Of a stretch of DNA of 64,000 nt, positions 51,198 to 64,000 are shown piece after piece. The DNA lies in assembly GCF_006345805.1 (NCBI RefSeq), contig NC_043001.1:94860001-94924000 (forward strand), read 5' to 3'. The notes beneath the pieces are model-generated. The model had not been told where the DNA came from. It saw only the letters and a list, made by a program, of their open reading frames with translations, and ran no database searches. The DNA comes from Octopus sinensis. Lineage: Eukaryota. Both the position numbers and the translations under genes were made by a program. Numbering within the stretch: the stretch's first letter is position 1; the number at the start of each line of letters is the position of its first letter.

Positions 51198-51560
51198 TAG
51201 CGCAGGCGTTTCTGTGAGGTAAGAAGCTAGCTTTCCAACCTCATGATTCTTAGGTCAAGCTGCTACTGTAGTATCGGACCGACCAAAGCCTTAGAGTGGA
51301 TTTTGTAGACGGTAACTGAAAAAAGCCCTTCATCAAATATGCGTTTATATTTATGTGTGCGTATGTGTGTGTGTGTTTCTCCACCCGCCATCTGTTATCG
51401 ACCGAAACTGATGTGTTTATGTTCCCGTAATATAGCTGTTCGGCAAAAGAGAAATGGTATAATCACTAGACTTAAAATGAATATGTCATGCGGTAGATTT
51501 CATCTGCTATAACCTTTGAAGGAGGTCATACAATCTTGCTGCAAGACGAGCAAAACAAAT
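51198..51560 (+). mobile_element. SINE family B, degenerate full length
   Basis: GCGCAGGCGT...GGTAAG head, CCGACCAAAGCCTT, TTCGGCAAAAGAG blocks. Confidence 0.7.
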
Positions 51561-51569
51561 GAAATAATA

Positions 51570-51614
<45 letters not shown>

Positions 51615-51987
51615 GTTGAACGATGAAATGAGTGCTCAAAACCGCATTGGATTTATGTTAAGAAAATAGGAAACTATTCAAATGCCTTAAGGATCTTTCA
51701 AGCCCATCACATGGAGAAAATGTTCGCTTCCATTTTGGAAAACGTCTCGCTTCGTTCACAGGATTTCTCGTAAATAAAATAATAATATTTGAGTATAAAC
51801 AATATTCTACAATTAAGAAGAACCCCTATATGGGAGGGTCACTCTACCAGGATAGGCCCCTTCCTAAACGTCAACACACATAGCACACAAGCTTCACACA
51901 AGGAAGAAACATGTCGCAATAAAGAACTACCCCAACATACAAGTAGAGCACCATGCTGAGAACAAAAACCAAATAATGTAAAACAAT

Positions 51988-52200
51988 TATTTCTACTAGA
52001 GGCAGAGGGCCTGAAATTCGGTAGGAGGGGACCAGGCGATTATATCGACCCCAGTGTTTCACTGGTACTTAATTTATTCATCTCGAAAGAATGAAAGGCA
52101 AAGTCAACCCCAGCAGCATTTGAACTCTGAACGTAATCACAGGCGAAATGTTGCTGAATCATTTTGCGTGCATGCAAAGTATTCTGCACTCTCACCGCAA
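51988..52200 (-). mobile_element. SINE family A, tail type 2
   Basis: Reverse complement of head, core (ATCGACCCCAGT, GAAAGGCAAAGTC) and GGCCTGAAATT tail. Confidence 0.8.
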
Positions 52201-53159
52201 AATAATGCCAACAAATTAACCACCAAAACATGTACTCAAAAGACACATTTAATGGAGCCAAACATTCAGAAGTCTCCATTCAAGTGTAACGGTACTTGAT
52301 TCATTAATTCATTGTTTTATCAACGCGAATTTCCGAGAAATCCCATGAACGATGCGAGACTGTTTTTCAAAATGGAACACCTTTCTCCATGTGATCGGCT
52401 TGAAAAATTGTTTGGACACTAATATATTTTCCTACTTTTCATAACATGAAACCAATGATAGCTTCAATTCATAAATTAGTTACTGCAATATTTAAGAGCA
52501 TGTCATTATTTAGTTATTAAATATCTGATTTCCACAACGGCTGTTTCTCTTTATACATACGTATATTTTGGATATGTAATTTCTTGGATTGCACATAACA
52601 CTGCGATACCGTTATGATAGCTCTCTTCTTTCATGTCATCGTTACTACCATCATGATTGCTTAATATTTTTGTCATTCCCTTCTTTTTCATCAGGAAATT
52701 CAAAATTATATTTGTCGACATAGTATTCTTCAATTCCTACGTCGTCTTCCTCCGCTGCCCCTAATCATTACCATCTTCCTCATTATTATCAACATCTTCT
52801 CCTCATGATCCTTTCATATACTATTAAATATACTAAACTGCTATTTACTTTCAGCAGCATCCTCACCGATTGTGACTTTCCGAAATATGTGATATTTGGA
52901 TTAACATCGTCATAAAAAATGTTGAGCATACGTTTACATTCCATTAACGCAAAATAATCTCCAAATGATAATTTAATTTTGCATGTGTATGAGTTAGAAC
53001 ATAAAGTCGTTTATAATAGACATCACACTTACTTTTATGAGAGGCTTTCGAAAATATTCTCGTATGTTTTGCCATGTATTAAAGGACTATATATATATTA
53101 TATATACATATATATTCGCATTTACATATGCATACACATACATATATATGTATCTATAT

Positions 53160-53174
53160 ATACGTGTATATATA

Positions 53175-53237
<63 letters not shown>
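53160..53237. repeat. (AT)n microsatellite
   Basis: Direct reading. Confidence 0.95.
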
Positions 53238-53238
<1 letters not shown>

Positions 53239-54008
53239 CTATTAGAAAATGAAGAAGCCTTATGCTTGTTTTAATCAAAATACCATATTCAGTAATGTAT
53301 AAACACCTTTACGTCTTTTGATTGAGAAAATATCTCATAATATATCAAGCTTAAATATGATAAATACACTTGGTAGTATGTCGTCCAGTTTAGAAAATGT
53401 AAATTCAAGAATTAATGTCATTGGGGCTGCAAAAACCACTTGATCAGTCATATTTCGTAGACAATAAATGCGAAATAACATTTTGAATATAATACATTAT
53501 ATTATCATCAAACTCTCAGGGGATGCCTCTCGACAAAAAAAAACTCTGAAATACCTTTGACTTTATCTGGAAGAAATCAATGCTAATGAGATATTTTGGT
53601 GTACAGATTCATATGCCATTAGAAGAAATATGAATTCCGTAACGTGAATCGTACATGTTGGCATAATTATGACGTCGTTTTACATTAAATAACACTGCTT
53701 TCTTGTAGCGTCTTCGGAATACACGTTGTTTAAAATTCCGAATGAGAGAAACAAGATATACCAGTAAATCCCTCGATTTCAAAAGTTTAGTAAAAACAAA
53801 CAAGGTAATTCAAAAGCTGAAAATAAAAGCAAAAAATATAGCAAGGGAGGTAAAAGAAATGAACACTTTTTTTATCTTCTAAAAATACATTCTGTAAATG
53901 TGTTAATTGGACGACGGACTCTGATCAGATAGTTCAGTGAAATAAGCTTATAAAAAATACAAATCTAGTGAAAATTACATTTTTAATTTCAATAGTTTCA
54001 ATAGATTA

Positions 54009-54150
54009 TAGGCGTAGGAGTGCTGTGTGGTAAGTAGCTTGCTTCCAAACCACATGGTTCCGGGTCCAGTCCAGCTCTGTGGCACCTTGGGCAAGTAGCC
54101 TTGTGAGTGGATTTGGTAGACGGAAACTGAAAGAAGCCCGTGGTATATAT
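54009..54150 (+). mobile_element. SINE family B, 5' half with internal deletion, followed by expanded internal microsatellite
   Basis: TAGGCGTAGGAGTGCTGTGTGGTAAGTAGC...ACCTTGGGCAAGT...GGAAACTGAAAGAAGCCCGT. Confidence 0.85.
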
Positions 54151-55289
54151 GTGTATATATATATTGATGCATATGCATATATATATACATATATACATAT
54201 ACATACATACATATATACATATATATATACATATATATTCGCATTTACATATGCATACACATACATATATGTGTATCTATATATACGTGTATATATATTA
54301 TAATATATATATACATGTATATATATATGTATGTATGTTTGTGCGGCGTGTGTCTGTGTTTGTGTGTGTTTGTGTATGTGTGTATATAGTTGCATGTTTG
54401 TATAACTGATTAGTGTTTCTAAACCATGATACGGACAATATGACTTTTATTTAAAACGCATCATATTTATATGCACATAATCAGAATATTAATTTGCACT
54501 TAGGAGTCGATTAAATAGGAAGAGAATTCCATGTATATTAGAGTATAATAAATTCACTTTCAAATCTTTCAGCCTTATTGGCATCCTGGGGACCATAAAA
54601 TTATTATAACTTGTTTCTAACATGCTAAATTCAGATGATAATTACACACGTCAGATTACTAATACAGACAATCAGAGAAAATTTCAAATACGTTCTTTAA
54701 AAGCAATAAGCACATTATGGAAAAATATTAATGCATTGATCGAATTTTATTATATAATAAAATTTATTATGTTCATTCCTTGTTTTAAGATTTTTCAGTA
54801 TTTAAATTGAACCTAATGCTCATATGATTTTAAAACTATAGTATTCAATATAATCCTGAAATTGACAATAAACTTCTAGAAAATTCCACCCACAAAAAGA
54901 AAAGGAAAATTGAATTATCTTTTTCTAAAACTTCGTGGCTTCCGTTTCGTTCAATCTCGTTAAATTTCACCAATGAGTTTTAAATCAATAACGTTATATA
55001 TTTCTTACGCAGTTTTTCAAAATTTGACAAATGGTATGTTTATTTATAGATGGAGGCAATTTAAAATAATTTTATTTTATCACGACATTGTGTAATTAAG
55101 ACGAGTCTATTTACGTTTTAGTTGAAAGGTACTTAGATTTATCCAGCGTACTGTCATGCAATAAACTAAACAGACAAGAACCATAAAGCTTTTGACTTGA
55201 ATCTGAATTTTATAAAACACCAGCATGTGTATATGTGCGTGTATGCGTTTATGCATATACATACACAAGTGTGTTTGTATGCATGTATG

Positions 55290-55375
55290 TATATAATATA
55301 TATACATATATATATATATATTATATATTATATATATATTATATATATATATATATATGTATATATATGTATACG

Positions 55376-55414
<39 letters not shown>

Positions 55415-55558
55415 GTATACGTATATATATATATAATATATGTATATATATATATATATATGTGTGTGTATATATTATATATATATACATATATGTATAT
55501 ACATATATATGTATATATATGTATGTATATATATATATTATTATATATATATATATAC

Positions 55559-55639
<81 letters not shown>

Positions 55640-55735
55640 GAAGATACATATAATATATATTATTATATATATATATAATGTATATATATATATTATATAT
55701 GCATATTATATATATTATATATATATATATATACG
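55290..55735. repeat. Long interrupted (AT)n microsatellite
   Basis: Direct reading. Confidence 0.95.
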
Positions 55736-56739
55736 TGAATAGGAATGTGTATATGATGAAGGTATAGGCGTATGGTGTGAAGTCGTGTCGGGATGCGATA
55801 TGCGTTGTATAAAATGAAAACACATAAACACGCATACGCACATAGATATAGTCATATACACACGCATCCGGCGCGCACTCACAACCATACTCACACACCC
55901 ACTGCCTATATAACCTCGTCTTTGTTATTGAGCTCAAAGAAGTTCTACTTATATTCAGTAAAAATTATTCGTGTTAGTACATCATGGATTCTGATATACA
56001 CTTGTACGGAGAGAAAGATGCTGATGCATGCATAAGTCTTTGCGTGTGTCTGTGTTTGTGTGCTTCCGAAACACAAAGGTTTTATGTTTGCATGTGATTC
56101 GTGTATCGGAATATAATATATGCATATTTGATCATTCAAAATATGACCGTCGGCATTGTTCTATTTACATATGTAGGGTTGTACTAAGCATTGAAGAACA
56201 GAAAAATACGACTAAGTAGGCACCTACCTAAACAAAACATATGTACACGTTTAATGTTGTAGCCCAGGAATGATATTTTATGTTGGCAATACATTTTTAT
56301 AATAACCCTGCCATATGTACTTGTGGGGCTATATATTCGTTTATAAATTTACAGACTTCAGTGACATCTAAATAATGCATTTATTAAACAACTTTTATAC
56401 AATCCTACTAAAATATTTTTGTAGATCAATGAATCGTTGTCTTCATCCAAATACTCAAGCTTAATCCAAACTTCCTATTTAATAGCATCATACAAATGCA
56501 TCACACGTTGATTCTTCATGAAAATTACTGAACCGCGTCCTCTTTGATTTCGTTTATCATGATCTTTATCTGTAGCAAGCGATGATCTATATCGGTGTTG
56601 AACGGCGGCAACATCGCAGTGTCCTGTAGTATGTATGCTTTGTCCACCTCGATATAATCAATTTACTACTTATACTTGCCATGCTAATCAATCTCTCCTG
56701 TCTTTCACGTCATTCTTACCCCATACAAACTCTCTAACA

Positions 56740-56930
56740 TAATGCAGTTCTATATTTAAGAGATGAAGAATTATGTACATTATTTACATTTGACGGATAT
56801 TTGTCCTCATCTTGTTTGTTGCTAACACAGCGTTTCCGCTGATATACCCTCAAGCCTTCATCAGGTGTCTTGGGGAAATTTCGAACCTGGGTTCTCATTC
56901 CCAAATTATTTTTCGATGTTGCTGTTGTCG
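56740..56930 (-). mobile_element. Penelope-type terminal fragment, second family
   Basis: Minus strand CCTGATGAAGGCT...CAGCGGAAACG motif typical of Penelope termini; abuts (ATT)n at 56935-57020. Confidence 0.55.
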
Positions 56931-56948
56931 TTGTTATTATTATTGTTG

Positions 56949-57012
<64 letters not shown>

Positions 57013-57479
57013 TATCATTATTTTTCCTACTTTCTTCAAATTTTCTTCCATTTCTCGGCGAGTGTTTTCCGTACATACAGGCAGATTATCTCATTGTATG
57101 CATTCCCAGATTACACACGCAAATTCACAGGTAAAATTTGTATTTAAAAAAATAATAAATATATAAATTCATGAATGAATGAATGGACGTTGTTTTCAAA
57201 GCGATAATACCCTTCTCACGGTCGTTTCGAGGGTCTGCTTTAATTGATCAATGAAAACATTACATCGCATCAAAGTTAACCTTTCTCATCAGATGATCCC
57301 ATAGATTTCAAGGAAATATTTACAATGTTTCCTCTCATCTGTTACTATCACAGCTCAACCCTTGTTCTTTGTTGTATTTGAAATATTTTTCCTCAATATA
57401 TTTCTAATAATAATTTCAATTACATTTTACCAAGGTATACTTATGCTTTTTTCCATGTAGTATTAATAACTATTTAATA

Positions 57480-57730
57480 TTATAATATATTCTTCGTTTT
57501 CGTTTTATAATACCACATTTCCTTTTTATATATAGCAAGTTTTATTGGCATACTTTAATAATGTTTTTTACAAGGCGAATTTTAATACAATTTTTTATAA
57601 GTTTTTATTATAATTTTTCATGTAATTCTTTTCTCAGATATTTTCTTAAAATTACCACGACTATTTAATAAATCTTATATCTTATATCTTTATATCTTAA
57701 GTAATTTCATAATTTACTTTTCAGATATTA
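57480..57730 (+). repeat. AT-rich dispersed repeat, related copy at ~60595-60820
   Basis: Shared block TTCT(T/C)TTCTCAGATATTTTCTTAAAA...ATAAATCTTATAT at ~57627 and ~60737. Confidence 0.55.
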
Positions 57731-58128
57731 ATAGATATTCCAACTAATATGAATAATTGGTGAACATTACACAAAGCTGTGAATATGTTCTATAAATCTT
57801 AATTTGTAAAACAATTTATACGACATAGAATACAAAATATAAAATCTACACTTTAGAGCTGAAAATTACATTTGCCACTTGAATGTGTACATGTATGTGT
57901 GTGCCTGTATACAGAAACACATATGTATAGCTATCCAAAATCTATTGCAGCTAATCTATGTAAGAATTGATGTGTATACATGAACGATGCATGATATTGG
58001 GACAGACAGATCAATAGAAAAACGAAACTGACATTAACTGATGATGGTAAATAAACATGGCTGAAGGATGATATTTAAGTTTCCAATTGTGTATGAATAG
58101 AGATAAACATTATTTTGCTAGGTAAAAA

Positions 58129-58183
58129 AGAAACATCGTTTATTCACCTTCACTCCAGAAACATCGTTTATTCACCTTCACTC
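58129..58183. repeat. 28-bp tandem duplication
   Basis: AGAAACATCGTTTATTCACCTTCACTC at 58129 and 58157. Confidence 0.9.
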
Positions 58184-58405
58184 TAAAGAATCAGTGATTT
58201 TTCTGTAATCAAACAAGTCAATGACTGTTCAGTGACTTTCAGGATTTTCTTCAACGATCCATTTGACTTGTTTGTTTTACACCAGGAAGAATTGTGAAAA
58301 ATAAAAATATTGTCATTGATAAGTTTTGAAAGTAAACAGATTTCAACACAGGTTAAAGGAAATATGACATTTCCCCCCTCTCTCTCTCTCCTCTAACCCT
58401 AACTC

Positions 58406-58489
<84 letters not shown>

Positions 58490-58491
<2 letters not shown>

Positions 58492-58803
58492 TCACCGTGA
58501 TCACCGCGACCGACCAGGCTATAAGATGTTGCTACATATCGCTGGTCACAATGCGCTTCCCACTGTTTTATCCTTCAAATGACGCCACCCCTCTGGCTAA
58601 GCGAGCTGTCAAACAGAAGAAAGAATGTGAGAAATTTGCGGCTGAAAGAGTACGGCAGGGATCGTCAACACCCCCTGCCGGAGCCTGGTGGAGCTTTAGG
58701 TGTTTTCGCTCAACAAACACTCGCAACGCCCCGGTCTGGGAATCGAAACCGCGATCCTGCAACCGCGAATCCGCTGCCCTAACCACTGGGCCATTGCACC
58801 TCC
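58490..58803 (-). mobile_element. SINE family C, tRNA-derived, full length
   Basis: Minus strand GGAGGTGCAATGGCCCAGTGGTTAGGGCAGCGG...GGTTTCGATTCCC with A box (58783-58793) and B box (58739-58750); flanked by microsatellites. Confidence 0.85.
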
Positions 58804-58836
<33 letters not shown>

Positions 58837-58940
58837 TATATGTATAAGTTCAGCAAAATTTAGATTCAGATGAATATGGTACTTAAGTCAAAGGCACCAA
58901 CATTTTGTACGGTATTATCCATATAAATCCATGGGGTGAT

Positions 58941-59178
58941 TATAATCAAAATAAGCAACAAGTATATCCGACGCAAAGTGGAACAATCGTTTCATGCTAC
59001 TTAATTGTAATAAACACTGTAAGTATTACATCAGTTTGATTGGAAAATTTCTATAAGTGGCTGAATATTGCTCGACATTTTAAAACTGATGTAATACTTA
59101 CAGTGTTTATAAAATGAAGTATCATGAAACGATTGTACCACATTACATCGGATATACTTGTTGCTTATTTTGATGATA
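58941..59178. mobile_element. MITE with ~95-bp terminal inverted repeats
   Basis: ATCAAAATAAGCAACAAGTATATCCGA and ATAAACACTGTAAGTATTACATCAGTTT arms match their reverse complements; ~40-bp spacer; right side runs into (TA)n. Confidence 0.75.
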
Positions 59179-62144
59179 TATATATATATATATATAATAT
59201 ATATATATAATATATATATATATTATATATATATATATATATATCTATATATATATATATATATTATATATATATATATATATACGTACGTTCATACACA
59301 CGTATGAGTATATAATACAGATATTTTAAGAAAAAATAGCTAAATATGCGATGATATTTGCTTATGTATTTTTTTGAAAACTAAGTGCAGAGTTTCCTAT
59401 GTTTTATCCTAATATACTTTCCTACTCTCACATAAAGATCTGGTTAATGGAATAATCTGGGAGAAATATACATTATTAATAACACAAAAAAAATTGTAAA
59501 TGAGTTTGTAAATCTCAAATGATTGTGCGTGTGTGTTGTGCGTGTGTGTGTGCGTGTGTGTGCGTGTGTGTGTGCGTGTGTGTGTATGTTTGCAGACAAA
59601 ATCAAATATTAATATACACATAACTAAAATTCTATATAGAAATATGCTAAGTACATATGTATATGTGCACACATATATATGAAGTTATATACTGATATGT
59701 GTGTGTGCGTGTGTTATATTATAAAGCAGGAAAATGAAATGAGGATGCACTTGAATGCATATAATAGCAATCATTAGAAAAGTTTATTAGAAGTTGCAGC
59801 ATGTCTAACATATATACAGACATAATTTCAAACATGCATGAAGAAGCCATATACCAAGTCAACTTGGGTGAATTTGTAAGAACTTTTGAGGTACATTACG
59901 GTATTATACAGTGAGTCATTCTATCACCTCTACTTTTTGTGATCGTGCGTATTTGTGTGATAGGGTAAAATTTAGCAAGGAAGAGTTTGTGGAATACAAA
60001 ACAAAAACAAACAAAAACGTTAACATGTCTACATTATGCTGATGAGAAGTGATGATCACAAGAATGACAGAAGAAATGTAACACATATCAACAGATTCAA
60101 TAAGGGAGAGAATCAAGGCCGGTTAAAAAATGATGAATATAATGAATGCTGATACATCCAAGTGTAGTAGAGACAGAGAAGGGATAAATACCACTAGTCA
60201 CCTCCATTATTCAGCTATAATGATTGCGAATAATTAGTTATGTGATAGTCAATTTGTAAAAGGAATTAAGGAAGCAGAACAAGCAATAAGATTATTAAAG
60301 TTGCTATGGAAGTTTCACTATCCTTTGATCCACACCAAGGTAGGGATTTATATAACATTATTGAGATCAATATTATTTTATGGACACGACTACTGACACT
60401 AAATTACCCGCTACTGAACGGTACAATTACATTAAGTGCTGTCCAGAAACTTTTGATGAAGGCCTATATGTATGCCACTGTATATACAGGCTGCAGCATC
60501 ACTACTGTCACTATTGCTATACGTATGACTTTTTCAATCTAGTATTAATAATCAATTAATATTCTGACTATAAATATTTATATAACAATTCTAATACGAT
60601 ATATTCTTTATTCTACAGCTTATATAACCTTATTTCATTTTTATATATCTTGTTATAGCATTTTATATTGGCTTACTTTCATAAAGTTCGTTAGTACAAT
60701 TCTTTTATAAATTTTTATTGTAGTTTTTATTATAATTCTTCTCTCAGATATTTTCTTAAAAGTTCCTCGTGTATTTTATAAATCTTATATTTTATATATG
60801 AATGCCTTAAGATTTTATATACTCTTGATATACTTTTCATAATTTTTGTATGTTTTATTAATAATTTGACAGTTTAAAGTATTTTTCATATATCCCACTG
60901 TGTACTGTGAACCTAAAATTATTATATTTTTATTCCACATTATAATTTTTATATTTATAAATAATATTATATTTTATATTTTCACGCATTTGTATATATA
61001 TATGTATATATATATCTATATATATATATATATTATATATATATATATATCCTTTATGTTTTTAAAAATATTTTCTTATATAATATTTATTTTTAAATTT
61101 TTTTATTTCTTTATATTTTAATAGTTTTTATAACATAAAAAATCTTGTGGTAATTTATAATTTTAATATTTTTCATAAATTTCGTTATATGTCGCAATCT
61201 TATACCATCATATATTAAATTATACATTATCCACTTATTTAGTTATATTTGTATGTTATTTCTAGCCTATGCTTATCTATATAGTTATATTTTGCTATAA
61301 GTAAACTATGTTTCAAACTTACTCCTGCTATTTCTCTCTTAATTTAAATCCCACCTTAATACTTTCAGAGGTATTTTTTTAACAGTTAACGGTCTGTTCA
61401 CCTTTAAGATGATAGTCAAAATAACCTTTATTATCACCTATTTCCCTATCACCTATTTCCTTTCTCTTTTCACCACCCAATCAAAATTCTCGTTTACCAC
61501 CTCATGGCCTGCCCTTTAGTATTGGTGTAGACGGATGTAAAGTTCTAATGAAGTAATGATCTAATTTTAGATGTTTTGAAGCCTATATCTCACTATTGTC
61601 TTCGACATGTAGGCAACGGGTCACTACTGTCATATATCGATTCTCCCTCACTCTAGCCTATACTAATTACAGGTTTGTCAGTCGCTGTACTGTCCTTTGT
61701 TCATCATCAAAAATATTTTGCAGCGGAATCATTATAAATACTTGCTCTCCATTAATGATTTGATATTCTAAAATATCTAACTTGTCTTTTATGTTTGCAG
61801 TATATACGGCCATCTGATGAGAACGGTTTTCATTGTAATGATGTAACGTTTTCATCGATCAATTAAAAGAAGCGACTTAGACATCTTTCTTACTCATTTA
61901 TGTTTTACTCACTTACCCTGGAATCTGCACTTCGGAAGTATATGGAAATAACGTTTATATAAATTACAAGTCTGTACAAACAAGATCGAATTTATTCACT
62001 AAGCTAGATTGTGCCATATGCATACACTACATGGATATTCGGTGGAAAATATACTCATGTAATATTGTCTGAGTGAGCAAGTAAGTTCGTCCTTACAAGT
62101 TGCCTCAATTAAAGTACCCAATCGAACTGAAACTAAATTACATA

Positions 62145-62209
62145 TATATATATATGTTTGTGTGTGTGTGTGTGTGTGTGTCTGTCTGTGTGTGTGTGTG
62201 TCTGTGTGT

Positions 62210-62246
<37 letters not shown>

Positions 62247-62252
62247 GTGTGT
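62145..62252. repeat. (AT)n(GT/CT)n microsatellite
   Basis: Direct reading. Confidence 0.9.
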
Positions 62253-62462
62253 GATTCAGCTGGAACACGTGTAATTCAAGTAGAGAAGGTTGTAAATAAC
62301 TGTTTAGAAAAATTATTGATGTGAAAAATCCCCATTCTCTTTTCCATTATTAATTCTATTACTTATAATTCGGAACTATGCAGTCCTCAATGAGTTTATC
62401 CGTCATCTGAAACCGACTTCAGAGAAAAAAGGGATAGCCGCCAGGATTATCTCTTTAAACTC

Positions 62463-62496
<34 letters not shown>

Positions 62497-63102
62497 AAGG
62501 CTACCCCTTTTTCCTCTGAAATCAACCTTCCTTTAGTGATGCCCGAGTTAACGATATGTCGCTAGACTCCCGTAACTATTCTCGTATGGTAAAACTGAGC
62601 CTCCTATTTTTCTCACGGACAGCTCTATGCCGGATGCTCCAGAGTTGGAAATCCGGAAAATTTATTCACCTATGCATCCTACAGCAAAACGAAATATATT
62701 GTCCATCACGAAGCTCTGCAAGATTGAAGTGTTGGAACAAATATGCCTCTCCCTTCCATATCCTCTCTCACCAACCCCGTCAACATCTCTCGCTAACCTC
62801 TGAAAACCTCTTCGCCAACCTCCGAAAACCTCTCTCAATAACCTCCGACAATTCCTCCTCCCTCCAGCTGACAGTTCTTTGTACTTTTTCGCGATGGAAG
62901 ATATACCTTTTGTGGCAGTTATAACGAAATTGTTTTTTTTTATATATCAGAGAAATAACTCGTTTAAATAGAACAATTAAATTTTGGAATAATTAAATGG
63001 AAAGTATTTAAAAATAATATTGGCATGGCTTCAAATACAAGGGACATATCCTTTTTTCTGTCTGTCTCTTTCTGTCTTTTTGTGGGTTCGAGGTCTTTTA
63101 AT

Positions 63103-63108
63103 ATATAT

Positions 63109-63154
<46 letters not shown>

Positions 63155-63205
63155 ATATATATATATTATATATATATATCTATATATTATATATATAATA
63201 ATATA

Positions 63206-63240
<35 letters not shown>

Positions 63241-63255
63241 CATACATTTATACAT
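63103..63255. repeat. Interrupted (AT)n microsatellite
   Basis: Direct reading. Confidence 0.95.
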
Positions 63256-63915
63256 ATAAATATTTGCTTGTGGGTTTTACATTAGCGTGAGAATTATGTT
63301 AAGAATCACCAAGTCTCTCCATTCTAAATAAGAATACCCACGGGTAAACAAGCCTGTACGAGATTTGATATACATAGATATACAATTTAATGGTGGTAGT
63401 TTACACTGAAATAGTAATTGTTGTCTCCTTAGCATTACACCTAGAATATCTCTGAAGAGTCGAGGTGTGGATGAATTGATATACTTGAATTGAATTAGGG
63501 GTTCCATTAAGACTGAGTTGATTAATTCCTTAATCATTTCTTGCGATAACCTTTTGGTACTTTTATAATTATATACACCTGTATCTGCTAAAGCACCTCC
63601 ATACTAAATAAGTGGAAACACACACGCACACATTGGCACATGCAACACGCCCTCGTAAATATATACTAAACAGAATCTTGACATCTTCATAATGGACACA
63701 CAGACACAAATACATAAAATATACACACACAGACACACACATACATACATATATATATATATATCTACATAATCCGTAGATTTATTGCAGGAACTGAAAA
63801 GGGGCGGTTGGGCTAACAGTATTAATAAAATAGGAGATGCAATGTGTAATAGACTTTAGTAGGGACAAATAAAGTCTATAACACATTCCATCTTGTATTT
63901 TATTAATACTGTTAC

Positions 63916-63941
63916 TATATATATATATATATATATATAAG

Positions 63942-64000
<59 letters not shown>
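63916..64000. repeat. (AT)n(CA)n microsatellite
   Basis: Direct reading. Confidence 0.95.

Noticed and set aside
58392-58404. Telomere-like TAACCCTAAC
   Set aside because: Fewer than two full units.
58730-58803. Genuine tRNA gene
   Set aside because: A and B boxes are present, but the sequence continues into a ~240-bp SINE body; the same applies to family A and B heads.
62556-62924. 122-aa ORF as a gene or LINE C-terminal zinc finger
   Set aside because: A cysteine/histidine pattern appears only after assuming frameshifts; too weak to assign.
63277-63537. 86-aa minus ORF
   Set aside because: No motif or splice support recognised; length is within the chance range.

Overview
AT-rich, microsatellite-dense animal DNA. 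From recall, the SINE families resemble octopus repeats; that assignment is inferred, not searched. No protein-coding host gene can be firmly called. The window is mostly mobile DNA: three tRNA-derived SINE families, non-autonomous Helitrons, Penelope-like and RTE LINE relics, a Tc1 relic and two MITE-like hairpins. The largest element is a ~4.4 kb Tx1/L1-clade LINE (45248-49662) with a CCHC ORF1 and an ORF2 that keeps the endonuclease but has lost most of the RT core. Three observations stand out. (1) The last ~40 nt of that LINE match the 3' tail of a SINE at 3136-3365, suggesting a LINE-SINE partner pair. (2) The LINE appears to have inserted into ORF1 of an older relative, and the two halves rejoin in frame. 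(3) A ~489-bp tandem array (27057-29288) has Helitron-like termini and flips orientation at its CTAG. Weaker leads are hammerhead-like relics and a phase-compatible chain of + strand micro-exons.
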